Source: Rhizobium sp. Q54
GTDB lineage: Bacteria; Pseudomonadota; Alphaproteobacteria; UBA2966; CAIVPW01
Reading direction: 5' to 3'
Assembly (NCBI GenBank): GCA_945947575.1
Contig: CAMEYM010000019.1
Coordinates: forward strand, 578-64,577
DNA: 64,000 bases
Shown here: piece by piece, positions 8,916 through 19,252 of the stretch
Position numbering within the stretch: position 1 is the stretch's first letter
How the letters are laid out: each line of letters begins with the position of its first letter
The notes under the pieces: model-generated
The model's database searches: none
Told to the model about the DNA's origin: nothing
The model's input: the letters and a program-made list of their open reading frames with translations, nothing else
Position numbers and translations under genes: made by a program

Positions 8916-9212
8916 TCATTTCCGCGACTCCGCTGCGATCGCCGCCCGCACCGCCGCCTGCGGGGTGTCGATCGGTGCGATGCGAAGCACGGCGTAGATG
9001 CGCCGCTTGGTGCTGCCCTTGATGGGCGCCGACCACGCATAGGCGCGGTTGGTCTTCGGATGATCCGAGATCTGGAAGACCTGCACGTCCCCCTCCCAAA
9101 GTGTCTGGCCCCGGAACGCTTCTTTGACGTGCACGGCTTGCAGCGGCGTGGCGGTGCCGCCGTGCTGGCGTTCGAACGCCTGGGTCAGCTCTTCGATGCT
9201 CGGTTCGGTCAT
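8916..9212 (-). CDS. hypothetical small protein (98 aa)
   Basis: Balanced composition with GC-rich third codon positions. No recognisable family. Divergent from the HDAC-family gene. Confidence 0.5.
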   Translation of the reverse strand: MTEPSIEELTQAFERQHGGTATPLQAVHVKEAFRGQTLWEGDVQVFQISDHPKTNRAYAWSAPIKGSTKRRIYAVLRIAPIDTPQAAVRAAIAAESRK

Positions 9213-9413
9213 TGTTGTGATTTTGTAACAGAGTCCACCGGGCGGGGAACGCCTCGTTGACTATCGACGAAGCGTATGCTACATTACGTATCAATCCGCC
9301 CAGGGCCACCGGGGTCAGGGTTCGCGCAATCCCGCGCTATTTGCGCGGTGGCCGCCGCCCCCCTCGCGAGTGCCGCCGTGAGCCCTGCGCCCGGTGAAAC
9401 GCCCGTACTAACG

Positions 9414-10352
9414 GTGACAACGGTGACCACCGCGGTCTTCACCCACCCCGACTGCCTGCTCCATCGCATGGAGCCAGGGCACTACGAGTCGCCGCAGCGC
9501 CTCGAAGCGGTGCTGGCCGCCTTGCGCACCCCTGCCTTCGCGTCGCTCGCCTGGCGCGAGGCGCCGGAGGCCTCGCGCGAGGCGCTCGGCCGCGTCCATG
9601 ACCCGCGCTACGTCGATGCCGTCCTCGCCGCGGTGCCGGCCGAAGGTACCGTGCGCATCGATCCCGACACGGCGATGAATGCTGGCACCGGCGTCGCCAT
9701 GCTGCGCGCCGCCGGCGCGGGCACAGCCGCGGTGGATGCCGTCATGGCCGGCGAGGTGCGCAACGCCTTTTGCGCGGTGCGGCCGCCCGGTCATCACGCC
9801 GAACGGGCCCGCGCCATGGGCTTCTGCTTCTTCAACAACATCGCCGTGGCCGCACTGCACGCGCGCACGCACGGCCTGCGCCGGATCGCGGTGATCGACT
9901 TCGACGTCCACCACGGCAACGGCACCCAGCATTCGTTCGAGCCGGACCGCGAGCTGTTCTACGCCAGCACCCACCAGGACCCGTTCTATCCGGGCACCGG
10001 TCACGCCACCGAGCAGGGCGTCGCCGGCAACATCGTCAACGTGCCGGTGCGCGGCGGCTCGGACGGAACGGTCGTGCGGCGCGCCTACGCCGACCTCATC
10101 CTGCCCAAGCTCAACGCATTCGCACCGGAGTTCGTGTTGATCTCGGCGGGGTTCGATGCCCACTACGCCGACCCCCTCGGTGGCTTGGGCCTTACCGAGG
10201 ACGATTACGCCTGGATCACGCGCGAGCTCTGCGCCGTTGCCACCCGCCACGCCGGCAGCCGTGTCGTCTCGGCGCTGGAAGGGGGATACGACCTCGATGC
10301 CCTGGGGGCGTCGGCCGCGGCCCACGTAGCTGCGCTGATGTCCTCGGCGTGA
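9414..10352 (+). CDS. histone deacetylase-family amidohydrolase (AcuC/HDAC-like)
   Basis: HDAC motifs: RPPGHHAE, FCFFNNIAVAA, IDFDVHHGNGTQ, GGYDL. The annotated ORF begins at 9276 inside an AT-rich promoter-like stretch. An in-frame GTG at 9414 or 9423 just before the conserved VFTHPDCLLH is the more likely start. Confidence 0.75.
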   Translation: MTTVTTAVFTHPDCLLHRMEPGHYESPQRLEAVLAALRTPAFASLAWREAPEASREALGRVHDPRYVDAVLAAVPAEGTVRIDPDTAMNAGTGVAMLRAAGAGTAAVDAVMAGEVRNAFCAVRPPGHHAERARAMGFCFFNNIAVAALHARTHGLRRIAVIDFDVHHGNGTQHSFEPDRELFYASTHQDPFYPGTGHATEQGVAGNIVNVPVRGGSDGTVVRRAYADLILPKLNAFAPEFVLISAGFDAHYADPLGGLGLTEDDYAWITRELCAVATRHAGSRVVSALEGGYDLDALGASAAAHVAALMSSA

Positions 10353-10417
10353 TTGGCGCGGTTGACCAAGACCAAGATTTAGCTATTGTGGCTCAATCAT
10401 GGACTTCACGGTCTGAA

Positions 10418-10831
10418 ATGGAATACACGCCGCACGACCTCGCTGTCGCATTGGAGCTGAATGCCAAGGCGGTGCGCCACTACATGCGCAAGCAAGGCAT
10501 TCAGGTCGGCAAGGGTCGGCGCCACGTTATCGATCAGACGACCTATGAACGGCTGCTTCGCGAGCTGAGGGCGATTCACGCCTCCGACCCGGCCGCTTGG
10601 TCTTTGGCCGATGCCAAGAATCGTTTCAGCACCGTTGTCACCCTTGCCTTGACCAAGGGGCCGCAACGCGTGCGGCGCCGGGACGAGAGCGTTGTCGTCC
10701 TTGCCGAGTCCGAGTATCGCCGGCTCACCGGGGATCGGCCTTCGTTCAAGCAACACCTGCTGGACGGACCCTCGTTCGAGGGTCTCGATCTGGCCCGCGA
10801 CGAGACTCCGGCGCGTGACGCAGACCTATGA
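10418..10831 (+). CDS. type II antitoxin, Phd/YefM family, with ~55-aa N-terminal HTH-like extension
   Basis: C-terminal WSLADAKNRFSTVVTLALTKGPQRVRRRDESVVVLAESEYRRL is a typical Phd/YefM antitoxin core. The N-terminal MEYTPHDLAVALELNAKAVRHYMRKQGIQVGKG resembles a helix-turn-helix. Overlaps the vapC start by 4 nt (ATGA). Confidence 0.7.
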   Translation: MEYTPHDLAVALELNAKAVRHYMRKQGIQVGKGRRHVIDQTTYERLLRELRAIHASDPAAWSLADAKNRFSTVVTLALTKGPQRVRRRDESVVVLAESEYRRLTGDRPSFKQHLLDGPSFEGLDLARDETPARDADL

Positions 10832-11238
10832 ACGTCCTCGTCGATACGTCGGCGCTTTCCGAGGCGCGCCGGCCCGGCGGCGACCCGCGCATCAAGGCGG
10901 CCCTGGCCGCAATTCCAGAGGACGCCCTGTTTCTCAGCGTGATCACGCTCGGCGAAATCGCCAAGGGGGTCGAGTTGCTGGCGGAAGGCGCGCACCGGCG
11001 TGCCCTTTCGGCATGGCTCCGGACCATCGAGCAGCAGTTCGCGGACCGCTTGTTGGCTATCGACAAGGACGTAGGCGTGCTGTGGGGGGAACTGAGCGCC
11101 CGAGCGCAACGCTCTGGGTACCATGTGGGCGCGCCGGACGGACTGATCGCGGCGACTGCCATGCATCACGGCCTGCGCATTCTGACCCGCAACGTGCGGG
11201 ATCTTGCGCCGCTGGGCGTCCCGGTGGTCGAGGTCTAG
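10828..11238 (+). CDS. vapC: type II toxin VapC (PIN domain ribonuclease)
   Basis: PIN acidic residues in the expected places (VLVDTSAL..., ITLGEI, DGLIAATA, LTRNVRD). 136 aa. Translationally coupled to the upstream antitoxin. Confidence 0.75.
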   Translation: MNVLVDTSALSEARRPGGDPRIKAALAAIPEDALFLSVITLGEIAKGVELLAEGAHRRALSAWLRTIEQQFADRLLAIDKDVGVLWGELSARAQRSGYHVGAPDGLIAATAMHHGLRILTRNVRDLAPLGVPVVEV

Positions 11239-11402
11239 TGAGGCACGCCCGTGCGCCCACGTGAATGGCTGCCATCTCGCTGCGACCGGACCATCAGGTC
11301 CCGGCCCTAGATTTCGACCGGCCGCCGCCCTTGGCAGCCCTTCCGGGCGGCGACTACACTCGGCTCGTTGCGCTGCTTCGGGCCGAGCGGTGACCAGTTA
11401 GC

Positions 11403-11702
11403 TTGGAGCAAGACATGGCGCGCGAGCAGAAGACCCAAGACAGTCCGGCCCAACCCATTCACGACGTTCCGGCCGACATCCGCAGCATGACCTTCGAGCG
11501 GGCGCTGGAAGACCTGGAAGAGATCGTCCGCCGCCTCGAAGGCGGCGAGGTCAGCCTGGAGGAGTCGATCGCCACCTACACGCGCGGCACCCAGCTCAAG
11601 CGCCACTGCGAGTCCAAGCTCGAGGCGGCGCGCGAGCAGGTCGAGCGCATCGAACTGCGCCCCGGCGGCGTCATCGCCACGGTGCCGATGGCGACGGACT
11701 GA
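11403..11702 (+). CDS. xseB: exodeoxyribonuclease VII small subunit
   Basis: MTFERALEDLEEIVRRLEGGEVSLEESIATYTRGTQLKRHCESKLEAAREQVERI is a canonical XseB. Followed by ispA and dxs, the conserved xseB-ispA-dxs arrangement. Confidence 0.85.
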   Translation: MEQDMAREQKTQDSPAQPIHDVPADIRSMTFERALEDLEEIVRRLEGGEVSLEESIATYTRGTQLKRHCESKLEAAREQVERIELRPGGVIATVPMATD

Positions 11703-11755
11703 GAGGGCGTTTGTCGATCCAGCTCGGCAAGGGCGTCGCCAGCGTCGCGGAGGTG

Positions 11756-12622
11756 ATGACCGCCGCGACGGCGGAGATCGACGGCGTGCTGCAGAACCTG
11801 CTGCCGGAGCCGGCCGGACCCGAGCGCCGCCTCGCCGAGGCGATGCGCTACAGCGTGCTCGCTCCCGGCAAGCGCTTCCGACCCATCCTGGCGCTCGCCA
11901 CCGCCGAGTTGTTCAGCGTGCCGCGCCGCGCCGCGTTGCGCGTCGCCGTCGCCGTCGAACTCGCCCACACCTATTCGTTGGTGCACGACGACCTGCCGTG
12001 CATGGACGACGACGACATGCGCCGCGGCCAGCCGTCGCTGCACAAGAAGTTCGACGAGGCGACCGCTGTGCTGGCGGGCGACGCTTTGCTGCCGCTCGCC
12101 TTCGAGATCATGGCGCACCCCGAGACGCATGCGGACGCCGACGTGCGCCTCGAGCTCGTGCGCGCTCTCGCCGAGGCGGCCGGTCCGCGCGGCATGGTCG
12201 GCGGCCAGATGATCGACCTCATGGTCGAGCACAAGCCGGCCGACATCGGCACCATCACCCGCATGCAGCAGCTGAAGACGGGCGCCCTGATCGCATTTGC
12301 CTGTGAGGCCGGCGCGGTGCTGGGCAAGGCGCCCGCCTCGGCGCGCCAGGCGTTACGCGCCTATGCCCGCGACCTGGGTCTCGCCTTCCAGATCGTCGAT
12401 GACCTCCTCGACGTCGAGGGCTCCCAGGAGGAGACCGGCAAGCGTGTCGGCAAGGACGCCAGCCTCGGCAAGGCCACATTCGTGGCGTTGCTTGGCATCG
12501 ACCGGGCCCGCACCCAGGCTGCTATGCTGGCCGACCAGGCGGTTGCCCACCTCGACGCGTTCGGCGAGCGCAGCGCCTTCCTCAAGCGCCTCGCTCGCTT
12601 TGTCGTGCAGCGGAGCCACTGA
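11756..12622 (+). CDS. ispA: (2E,6E)-farnesyl diphosphate synthase / geranyltranstransferase
   Basis: Polyprenyl synthase motifs LVHDDLPCMDDDDMRRG and FQIVDDLLD. Start at ATG 11756 with GGAGG RBS; the ORF-track TTG at 11711 is the alternative. Confidence 0.85.
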   Translation: MTAATAEIDGVLQNLLPEPAGPERRLAEAMRYSVLAPGKRFRPILALATAELFSVPRRAALRVAVAVELAHTYSLVHDDLPCMDDDDMRRGQPSLHKKFDEATAVLAGDALLPLAFEIMAHPETHADADVRLELVRALAEAAGPRGMVGGQMIDLMVEHKPADIGTITRMQQLKTGALIAFACEAGAVLGKAPASARQALRAYARDLGLAFQIVDDLLDVEGSQEETGKRVGKDASLGKATFVALLGIDRARTQAAMLADQAVAHLDAFGERSAFLKRLARFVVQRSH

Positions 12623-12643
12623 GAGCCATAAGAAGAAGTGCCG

Positions 12644-14563
12644 ATGCCCTACTCACGCCCGACCGACCTGCTCGACACCGTCGCCACGCCCGCCGACCTG
12701 CGCAAGCTCAAGCCGGCGCAGCTGCAGGATCTCGCCGACGAGGTCCGCGGCGAAGTGGTGCGTGCCGTGTCGCGCACCGGCGGCCACCTGGGCGCCGGGC
12801 TCGGCGTCATCGAGCTGACGGTGGCGCTGCACTATGTCTTCGACACGCCGCGCGACCGTCTCATCTGGGACGTCGGCCACCAGGCCCACGCCCACAAGAT
12901 CCTCACCGGCCGGCGTAGCCGCATCAACAGCATGCGCCAGCCCGGCGGCCTGTCGGGCTTCACCAAGCGCGACGAGAGCGAGTACGACCCGTTCGGCGCC
13001 GCGCACTCGTCCACGTCCATCTCCGCCGGCCTCGGCATGGCGGTGGCGCGCGACCTGTCGGGCGGCGACCACAACGTGGTGTGCGTCATCGGCGACGGCG
13101 CCATGACTGCCGGCATGGCCTACGAGGCGATGAACAACGCCGGCGCCATGGCGTCGCGGCTCATCGTCATCCTCAACGACAACGACATGTCGATCTCGCG
13201 CAACGTCGGCTCGATGCGCGCGTACCTTTCGCGCCTGATCTCGTCGCGCCAGTACCGCGGCTTCCGCACCATGGCCAAGCGCGTCGCCGACCGTTTGCCG
13301 CGCACGGTGCGCAACGCCGCCCGCCGCGCCGAGGAGTACGCGCGCGGCATGGCCACCGGCGGCACGCTGTTCGAGGAGCTCGGCTTCTATTACGTCGGCC
13401 CGCTCGACGGCCACAACATCGACCAACTGCTGCCGGTGCTGCAGAACGTGCGTGACTTCCGTGGGCCGGGCCCGGTGCTCATCCACGTGCGCACCCAGAA
13501 GGGCCGCGGCTACAAGCCGGCCGAAGACTCGGCGGACAAGTTCCACGGCGTCGGCAAGTTCGACGTCGTCACCGGCACCCAGGTTCCGGCCAAATCCGGC
13601 CCGCCGACCTACACCAATGTCTTTGCCGACCAGTTGATTGCCCAGGCCGAGCGCGACCCGCGCATCGTCGCCATCACCGCGGCGATGCCGGCCGGCACCG
13701 GGCTGCACAAGTTCGCCGAGCGCTTTCCCGATCGCTGCTTCGATGTCGGTATCGCCGAGCAGCATGCGGTGACCTTCGCCGCCGGCCTTGCCGCCGAAGG
13801 CTACAAGCCGTTCGCCGCCATCTATTCGACCTTCCTGCAGCGCGCCTACGACCAGGTCGTCCACGACGTCGCGTTGCAGAAGCTGCCGGTGCGCTTCGCC
13901 ATCGACCGTGCCGGTTTGGTCGGCGCCGACGGCGCCACCCATGCCGGCGCCTACGACGTCGGCATGCTCGCGGCACTCCCCAACTTCGTGCTGATGGCGC
14001 CGGCCGACGAGGCCGAGCTCGCCCGCATGATCGCCACCTCCGTCGCCATCGACGACCGCCCCAGCGCCTTCCGCTATCCGCGCGGCGAGGCGACCGGCGT
14101 CGCCGTTCCCTCCAACCCCGAGCCCCTCGAGATCGGTCGCGGTCGCGTCGTGCGCGAGGGCACCGCCGTCGCGCTGCTGTCGCTCGGCACCCGACTCGGC
14201 GAATGCCTGCGTGCCGCCGACGAGCTCGCCGCGCTTGGTCTCTCCACCACGGTCGCCGACGCGCGCTTCGCCAAGCCCGTCGATGCCGAGCTCATCCGCC
14301 GCCTGGCGCAGTCGCATCCGGTGCTGGTGACGGTGGAGGAGGCCGCCATCGGCGGCTTCGCCGCGCAGGTGCTCGACGTGCTCGCCCGCGACGGCCTGCT
14401 CGAGTCGCACCTCAAGGTGCGCACGCTGTTCCTGCCCGACCGCTTCATCGACCACGACACGCCGGCGGCGCAGATCGCCGAAGCCGGGCTGAACGCCGCC
14501 TCGATCGTCAACGCTGCCGTCGCCGCGCTCGGCGACGCGGGGATGCGCGCCGCGCGCGCCTAG
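12644..14563 (+). CDS. dxs: 1-deoxy-D-xylulose-5-phosphate synthase
   Basis: TPP-binding [63 protein letters not shown], transketolase-like C-terminal domains. 641 aa. GTG 12638 is an alternative start. Confidence 0.9.
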   Translation: MPYSRPTDLLDTVATPADLRKLKPAQLQDLADEVRGEVVRAVSRTGGHLGAGLGVIELTVALHYVFDTPRDRLIWDVGHQAHAHKILTGRRSRINSMRQPGGLSGFTKRDESEYDPFGAAHSSTSISAGLGMAVARDLSGGDHNVVCVIGDGAMTAGMAYEAMNNAGAMASRLIVILNDNDMSISRNVGSMRAYLSRLISSRQYRGFRTMAKRVADRLPRTVRNAARRAEEYARGMATGGTLFEELGFYYVGPLDGHNIDQLLPVLQNVRDFRGPGPVLIHVRTQKGRGYKPAEDSADKFHGVGKFDVVTGTQVPAKSGPPTYTNVFADQLIAQAERDPRIVAITAAMPAGTGLHKFAERFPDRCFDVGIAEQHAVTFAAGLAAEGYKPFAAIYSTFLQRAYDQVVHDVALQKLPVRFAIDRAGLVGADGATHAGAYDVGMLAALPNFVLMAPADEAELARMIATSVAIDDRPSAFRYPRGEATGVAVPSNPEPLEIGRGRVVREGTAVALLSLGTRLGECLRAADELAALGLSTTVADARFAKPVDAELIRRLAQSHPVLVTVEEAAIGGFAAQVLDVLARDGLLESHLKVRTLFLPDRFIDHDTPAAQIAEAGLNAASIVNAAVAALGDAGMRAARA

Positions 14564-14568
14564 AGTCT

Positions 14569-15306
14569 GTGAAGACAAAGGCACGTCTCGACCAGCTCCT
14601 GGTCGACCGCGGCCTCGCCGAGACCAAGTCCAAGGCCCACGCGCTGGTGCTCGCCGGCGTCGTCTTCAGCGGCGAGCAGCGCCTCGACAAGCCCGGCCAC
14701 ATGGTGCCGCCCGACACCGAGATCGAGGTGCGCGGCGCGCCGCACCCGTGGGTCAGCCGCGGCGGCGTCAAGCTCGCGCACGGCCTCGCGCACTTCGGCG
14801 TCGATCCCTCGGCCAAGGTCTGCCTCGACGTCGGCGCTTCCACCGGCGGCTTCACCGACGTGCTGCTGCAGGGCGGCGCCGCCAAGGTCTATGCCGTGGA
14901 CGTCGGCCGCGGCCAGCTCGACTGGAAGCTCCGCAACGACCCGCGCGTCGTCGTCCTCGAAGGCGTCAACGCGCGCTCGCTGTACTCCGCCCATGTGCCT
15001 GAGCCGGTTGACTTGGTCGTCTGCGACGCCAGCTTCATCGGCCTGGAGGTCGTTCTGCCCGCCGCACTCGCTCTCGCCAAACCCGCCGCCACCCTGATCG
15101 CGCTCATCAAGCCGCAGTTCGAAGTGGGGCCCGAGCGCGTAGGGAAGGGCGGTGTCGTGCGCGACCCGGCATTGCACGACGAGGTCACCGCGCGCATCTC
15201 TGCGTGGCTTGCTGGACTCGGTTGGCGAGTGCTCGGTGTCAGCCCAAGCCCGCTGCTCGGCCCGGCCGGCAACCGCGAGTTCCTGATCGGTGCCACCCGT
15301 GGCTGA
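14569..15306 (+). CDS. tlyA: TlyA-family rRNA (cytidine-2'-O)-methyltransferase (haemolysin A-like)
   Basis: S4 domain at the N-terminus (RLDQLLVDRGLAETKSKAHALVLAGVV) and FtsJ-like MTase motif LDVGASTGGFTDVLLQ. GTG start 6 nt after the dxs stop. Confidence 0.8.
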   Translation: MKTKARLDQLLVDRGLAETKSKAHALVLAGVVFSGEQRLDKPGHMVPPDTEIEVRGAPHPWVSRGGVKLAHGLAHFGVDPSAKVCLDVGASTGGFTDVLLQGGAAKVYAVDVGRGQLDWKLRNDPRVVVLEGVNARSLYSAHVPEPVDLVVCDASFIGLEVVLPAALALAKPAATLIALIKPQFEVGPERVGKGGVVRDPALHDEVTARISAWLAGLGWRVLGVSPSPLLGPAGNREFLIGATRG

Positions 15307-16588
15307 GCTCGAAGTCACCATCGACTCCGTCGGCGCCCAAGGCGACGGCATTGCCGAGACACCCCAGGGCCGCGTCTTCGTCCCCTTCACCGTGCCCGGC
15401 GACCGTGTCCGCATCCGCGCGGTCGCGCAGGGAGGCGCGCCTTCGCGCGACGGCGAGCGTGCCGAGCTGCTGGACATTGTCTCGTCGAGCGCCCAGCGCG
15501 TCGGCCCCGCCTGTGCCCACTTTGGCGAGTGCGGCGGCTGCGACCTGCAGCACTGGCAGACCGCAGAGGTTCTCGCCTGGAAGCGCCAGCAGATCGAGGT
15601 GACGCTCGCCCATCGCGGCCTCACCACCGCGATCGCCCCCGCCGTCGCCACGCCGCCGCGCGAACGCCGCCGTGCTCGTCTCGCCCTGCGCCGCGTCGCG
15701 CCGGGGCGCGCGCATTCGCGCGACGGCGACCAGATGCTGCTCGGCTTCCACGCCCGCCAAAGCCACCGCATCGTCGATGTGCAGCAATGCCCCGTGCTCA
15801 ACGAACGTCTGGCGGCGGCGCTGCCCGCGCTGCGCCAACTCGGCCCCATGCTGTTGCGCCGAGACGGCGACCTGGTGCTCGAGGTGACCGACACCGAGGG
15901 CGGCATCGACCTCGTCATCGAGCGGGCGGGGGAACCGAATACCGCTCTGCGCGGCGAGCTCGCACACTTCGCGCGCCAGCGCCGATTCGCCCGCATCTCG
16001 TGGCGTGGCGAACAGGACTCCGAGCTGATCGCCATGCTCGCCGCCCCCGTCATCCGTTTCGGCGGCGTGCCGGTCGAGCTGCCGGCCGGCGCCTTCGTGC
16101 AGGCCAGTCCAACCGCAGAGGCTGCATTGCTTGCAGAGGTGCGCATCGCCGCCACCGGCGCCAAGCGCATCGCCGACCTCTACGCCGGCTGCGGCGCCTT
16201 CTCCCTGCCGCTCGCCGCATCTGCTGCCGTGCATGCCGTCGAAGGTCACGCCGAGTCGGCCAAGGCTTTGGACAAGGCGGCGCGCCAAGCGGTCGCGCGC
16301 CTCACCGTCGAGCATCGCGATCTCGACCGGCGTCCGCTGCAGGGCGATGAACTGAAGAAGCTCGACCTTGTGGTGCTCGACCCGCCGCGCGCCGGCGCGC
16401 GTGTCCAATGCGAGGTGCTGGCGCGCAGCAAGGTGCCCACGATCGCCTACGTGTCGTGCAACCCCGCCACCTTCGCGCGCGATGCGCGCCTACTGGTGGA
16501 CGGTGGCTATCGCTTGGAGAAGGTCGTGCCGGTAGACCAGTTCCTGTGGTCCGCCCACGTCGAGCTGGTTGCCGTGTTGCGCCGCTAG
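15299..16588 (+). CDS. class I SAM-dependent RNA (uracil-5)-methyltransferase, RumA/RlmD-like (TRAM + 4Fe-4S)
   Basis: TRAM-like N-terminus, Fe-S cysteine cluster CAHFGECGGCDLQHW, MTase motif DLYAGCGAFSLPLA, catalytic YVSCNPATFARD. GTG start overlaps the tlyA stop; the ORF-track start at 15290 is the alternative. Confidence 0.8.
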   Translation: MAELEVTIDSVGAQGDGIAETPQGRVFVPFTVPGDRVRIRAVAQGGAPSRDGERAELLDIVSSSAQRVGPACAHFGECGGCDLQHWQTAEVLAWKRQQIEVTLAHRGLTTAIAPAVATPPRERRRARLALRRVAPGRAHSRDGDQMLLGFHARQSHRIVDVQQCPVLNERLAAALPALRQLGPMLLRRDGDLVLEVTDTEGGIDLVIERAGEPNTALRGELAHFARQRRFARISWRGEQDSELIAMLAAPVIRFGGVPVELPAGAFVQASPTAEAALLAEVRIAATGAKRIADLYAGCGAFSLPLAASAAVHAVEGHAESAKALDKAARQAVARLTVEHRDLDRRPLQGDELKKLDLVVLDPPRAGARVQCEVLARSKVPTIAYVSCNPATFARDARLLVDGGYRLEKVVPVDQFLWSAHVELVAVLRR

Positions 16589-17154
16589 CCTTTGAACTTC
16601 GTGACCCGGTACAGGTACACGGCGATCAGGAAGGCGACGACCGCGGTCGACATCGGGTTGAACCAGTGGTGGATGCGTTCGTACTCGTCGGCCAGCCAGA
16701 ACGCGAGACCGGCCAGAACCGAGTTCCACACCGTCGCGCCGAGCGCGGTCCACAGGACGAACTTCCGCATCGGCATCTCTGCGATGCCCGCCGGTAGCGA
16801 GATGAACACGCGGATCTGCGGGATGAGGCGGCCGAAGAACACGGCCTGGGTGCCATGGCGGTCGAACCAGCGCTGTGCGCCGTCCACCTGCTCCGGCGTC
16901 AGCGTGAGCCAGCGTCCATGCCGCTCGGCGAAGTGGCGCACGCGCTCGCGGCCCAACGCCAATCCGCCGCCATACCAAAGGAACGCGCCGAGCAGGGAGC
17001 CGAGCGTGCCGGCCAGCACGACCCCGACGATGTGCAGATCGCCCTGGCGCGCCATCAGCCCGCCCACCGGCATGATCAGTTCGGAGGGAATGGGCGGAAT
17101 GACGGCCTCCAACAGCATCAGGAGCACGATGCTGAAGTACCCGCCTTCTTCCAT
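16585..17154 (-). CDS. DedA/SNARE-associated family membrane protein
   Basis: MEEGGYFSIVLLMLLEAVIPPIPSELIMPVGG is the DedA re-entrant motif, with multiple TM helices. Start at ATG 17154 (alternative GTG 17169). The long 17292 start would overlap aroC and is rejected. Its stop overlaps the rumA-like stop in GCTAGC. Confidence 0.75.
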   Translation of the reverse strand: MEEGGYFSIVLLMLLEAVIPPIPSELIMPVGGLMARQGDLHIVGVVLAGTLGSLLGAFLWYGGGLALGRERVRHFAERHGRWLTLTPEQVDGAQRWFDRHGTQAVFFGRLIPQIRVFISLPAGIAEMPMRKFVLWTALGATVWNSVLAGLAFWLADEYERIHHWFNPMSTAVVAFLIAVYLYRVTKFKG

Positions 17155-17177
17155 GAACGCGCTGATCCAGTTGACCA

Positions 17178-18278
17178 CTACGACCCGGACGTGGGCGCTA
17201 CGCCAACCTGGGCGCGGTGCAGCAGCATCTGGTCGGCAAGCACGCAGGCCATCATGGCCTCGCCGATCGGCACGGCGCGGATGCCGACGCATGGGTCGTG
17301 GCGGCCCTTGGTGCTGACCTCGACCTCGTCGCCGCCGGAGGTCACCGTCTTGCGCGGCGTGAGAATGCTCGAGGTCGGTTTGACGGCGAACCGCACGACG
17401 ACGTCCTGGCCGCTCGAAATGCCGCCGAGAATGCCGCCGGCATGGTTGGACAGGAACGTCACGTCACTGCCGTCCTTCGGCGCGACGCGCATCTCGTCGG
17501 AGTTCTGCTCGCCGCGCAGCTTGGCGGCGGCGAAGCCCGCGCCGATCTCAACGGCCTTCACCGCGTTGATGCTCATCATCGCGGCCGCGAGTTCACTATC
17601 GAGCTTGGCGTAGATGGGCGCGCCCCAACCGGGCGGCACGCCTTCCGCCACCACCTCGATGATGGCGCCGACCGAGGAGCCCGCCTTGCGCACTTCGTCG
17701 AGGTACGACTCCCAGCGCTGCGCCATCGTGGCGTCGGGGCAGAAGAACGGGTTCTGCGCGACCTGGTTCCAGTCCCAGCGGGCGCGATCGATGGCGTGCT
17801 CGCCGACCTGGATCAGCGCGCCGCGGATGCGCACGCCGCTGCCGAGTACCTTGCGCGCCACCGCGCCGGCCGCGACGCGTGCGGCGGTCTCGCGCGCTGA
17901 GGCGCGGCCCGAGCCGCGGTAGTCGCGGATGCCGTACTTCTGGTCGTAGGTGTAGTCGGCGTGGCCGGGCCGGTACTTGTCCTTGATGTCGCCGTAGTCC
18001 TTCGAGCGCGCATCGACATTCTCGATCAGGATCGAGATCGGCGTGCCGGTGGTCTGGCCCTCGAAGGTGCCCGACAAGATCTTCACCTGGTCCGGCTCCT
18101 TGCGCTGGGTGACAAAGCGCGAGGTGCCCGGCATGCGCTTGTCCATGAAGGGCTGGATGTCGGCCTCGGTGAGGCCCAGGCGCGGCGGGCAGCCATCGAC
18201 GACGACGCCGAGCGCCGGCCCGTGGCTCTCGCCCCAGGTGGTGAAGCGGAAGACGTGGCCGAATGTGTTGAACGACAT
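17178..18278 (-). CDS. aroC: chorismate synthase
   Basis: [34 protein letters not shown]... and [13 protein letters not shown]. Full-length, 366 aa. Confidence 0.95.
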   Translation of the reverse strand: MSFNTFGHVFRFTTWGESHGPALGVVVDGCPPRLGLTEADIQPFMDKRMPGTSRFVTQRKEPDQVKILSGTFEGQTTGTPISILIENVDARSKDYGDIKDKYRPGHADYTYDQKYGIRDYRGSGRASARETAARVAAGAVARKVLGSGVRIRGALIQVGEHAIDRARWDWNQVAQNPFFCPDATMAQRWESYLDEVRKAGSSVGAIIEVVAEGVPPGWGAPIYAKLDSELAAAMMSINAVKAVEIGAGFAAAKLRGEQNSDEMRVAPKDGSDVTFLSNHAGGILGGISSGQDVVVRFAVKPTSSILTPRKTVTSGGDEVEVSTKGRHDPCVGIRAVPIGEAMMACVLADQMLLHRAQVGVAPTSGS

Positions 18279-18285
18279 GGGCCGA

Positions 18286-19107
18286 CTAGTGGTCCGAGGC
18301 TACGGCGATGTCCGGCGCATCGACACGCTTCATGCCCTGGACGTGGTAGCCCGAGTCGACGTGATGCACCTCGCCGGTCACGCCGCGCGACAGGTCGCTG
18401 AGCAGATAGAGAGCCGCGCCGCCGACGTCCTCGATGGTGACGTTGCGCTTGAGCGCCGAGTTGAGCTCGTTCCACTTGAGGATGTAGCGGAAGTCGCCGA
18501 TGCCGGAGGACGCCAGCGTCTTGATCGGTCCCGCCGAGATCGCGTTGACGCGAATGTTGTTGCCGCCGAGGTCCATGGCGAGATAGCGCACCGACGCCTC
18601 CAAAGCGGCCTTGGCGACGCCCATGACGTTGTAATGCGGCATGACCTTCTCGGCGCCGAAGTAGCTGAGCGTCAGCAAGCTGCCGCCGTTCGGCATCATC
18701 TTCTCGGCGCGCTGCGCCATGGCGGTGAACGAGTAGCAGCTCGTCGCCATCGTGACGGTGAAGTTGTCGGCGGTGGTGTCGACGTAGCGGCCCTTGAGCT
18801 CGTCCTTGTCGGAGTACGCGATGGCGTGCACGACGAAATCGAGGCTCGGCCAGTCGGCCGCCACTGCGGCGAACGTGCGGTCGAGCTGGTCCGCCTTGGT
18901 CGCGTCGCACAGGTAGACACGCTTGGATCCAAGCTGATCCGCGAGCGGCCGCACGCGCTTCTCGAGTGCCTCGTTGTACGCGGTGAACGCCATCTCGGCG
19001 CCGTGCGCGGCCAGCGTCTTGGCGATGCCCCAGGCAAGGGACCGCTCGTTGGCGAGCCCGACGATGAGGCCGCGCTTGCCGGCCATCAGGGCTGCGGGCT
19101 CCGTCAT
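18286..19107 (-). CDS. fabI: enoyl-[acyl-carrier-protein] reductase (NADH)
   Basis: [23 protein letters not shown] Rossmann motif, Y..K catalytic region ([16 protein letters not shown]), [19 protein letters not shown] before ATG 19107. Confidence 0.9.
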   Translation of the reverse strand: MTEPAALMAGKRGLIVGLANERSLAWGIAKTLAAHGAEMAFTAYNEALEKRVRPLADQLGSKRVYLCDATKADQLDRTFAAVAADWPSLDFVVHAIAYSDKDELKGRYVDTTADNFTVTMATSCYSFTAMAQRAEKMMPNGGSLLTLSYFGAEKVMPHYNVMGVAKAALEASVRYLAMDLGGNNIRVNAISAGPIKTLASSGIGDFRYILKWNELNSALKRNVTIEDVGGAALYLLSDLSRGVTGEVHHVDSGYHVQGMKRVDAPDIAVASDH

Positions 19108-19252
19108 GCAACGCTCCTCGTCGTGTTGGGAAAGAACGGCGCGCGCCGCCGCACCGAAGGTGCGCTCCGCGCGGCAGCGTACATACGGCGCGGCGCGCGC
19201 ATCCTACACAGGTTCCTTGTCTTGCGCGCCTGCGGCGCGACGCGGCGGGCGG

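Noticed and set aside
12653-16170. Long minus-strand ORFs (643 aa and 536 aa) across dxs, tlyA and rumA
   Set aside because: Antisense shadows of well-supported plus-strand genes. Gly/Arg/Asp/Val-rich with no domain signatures.
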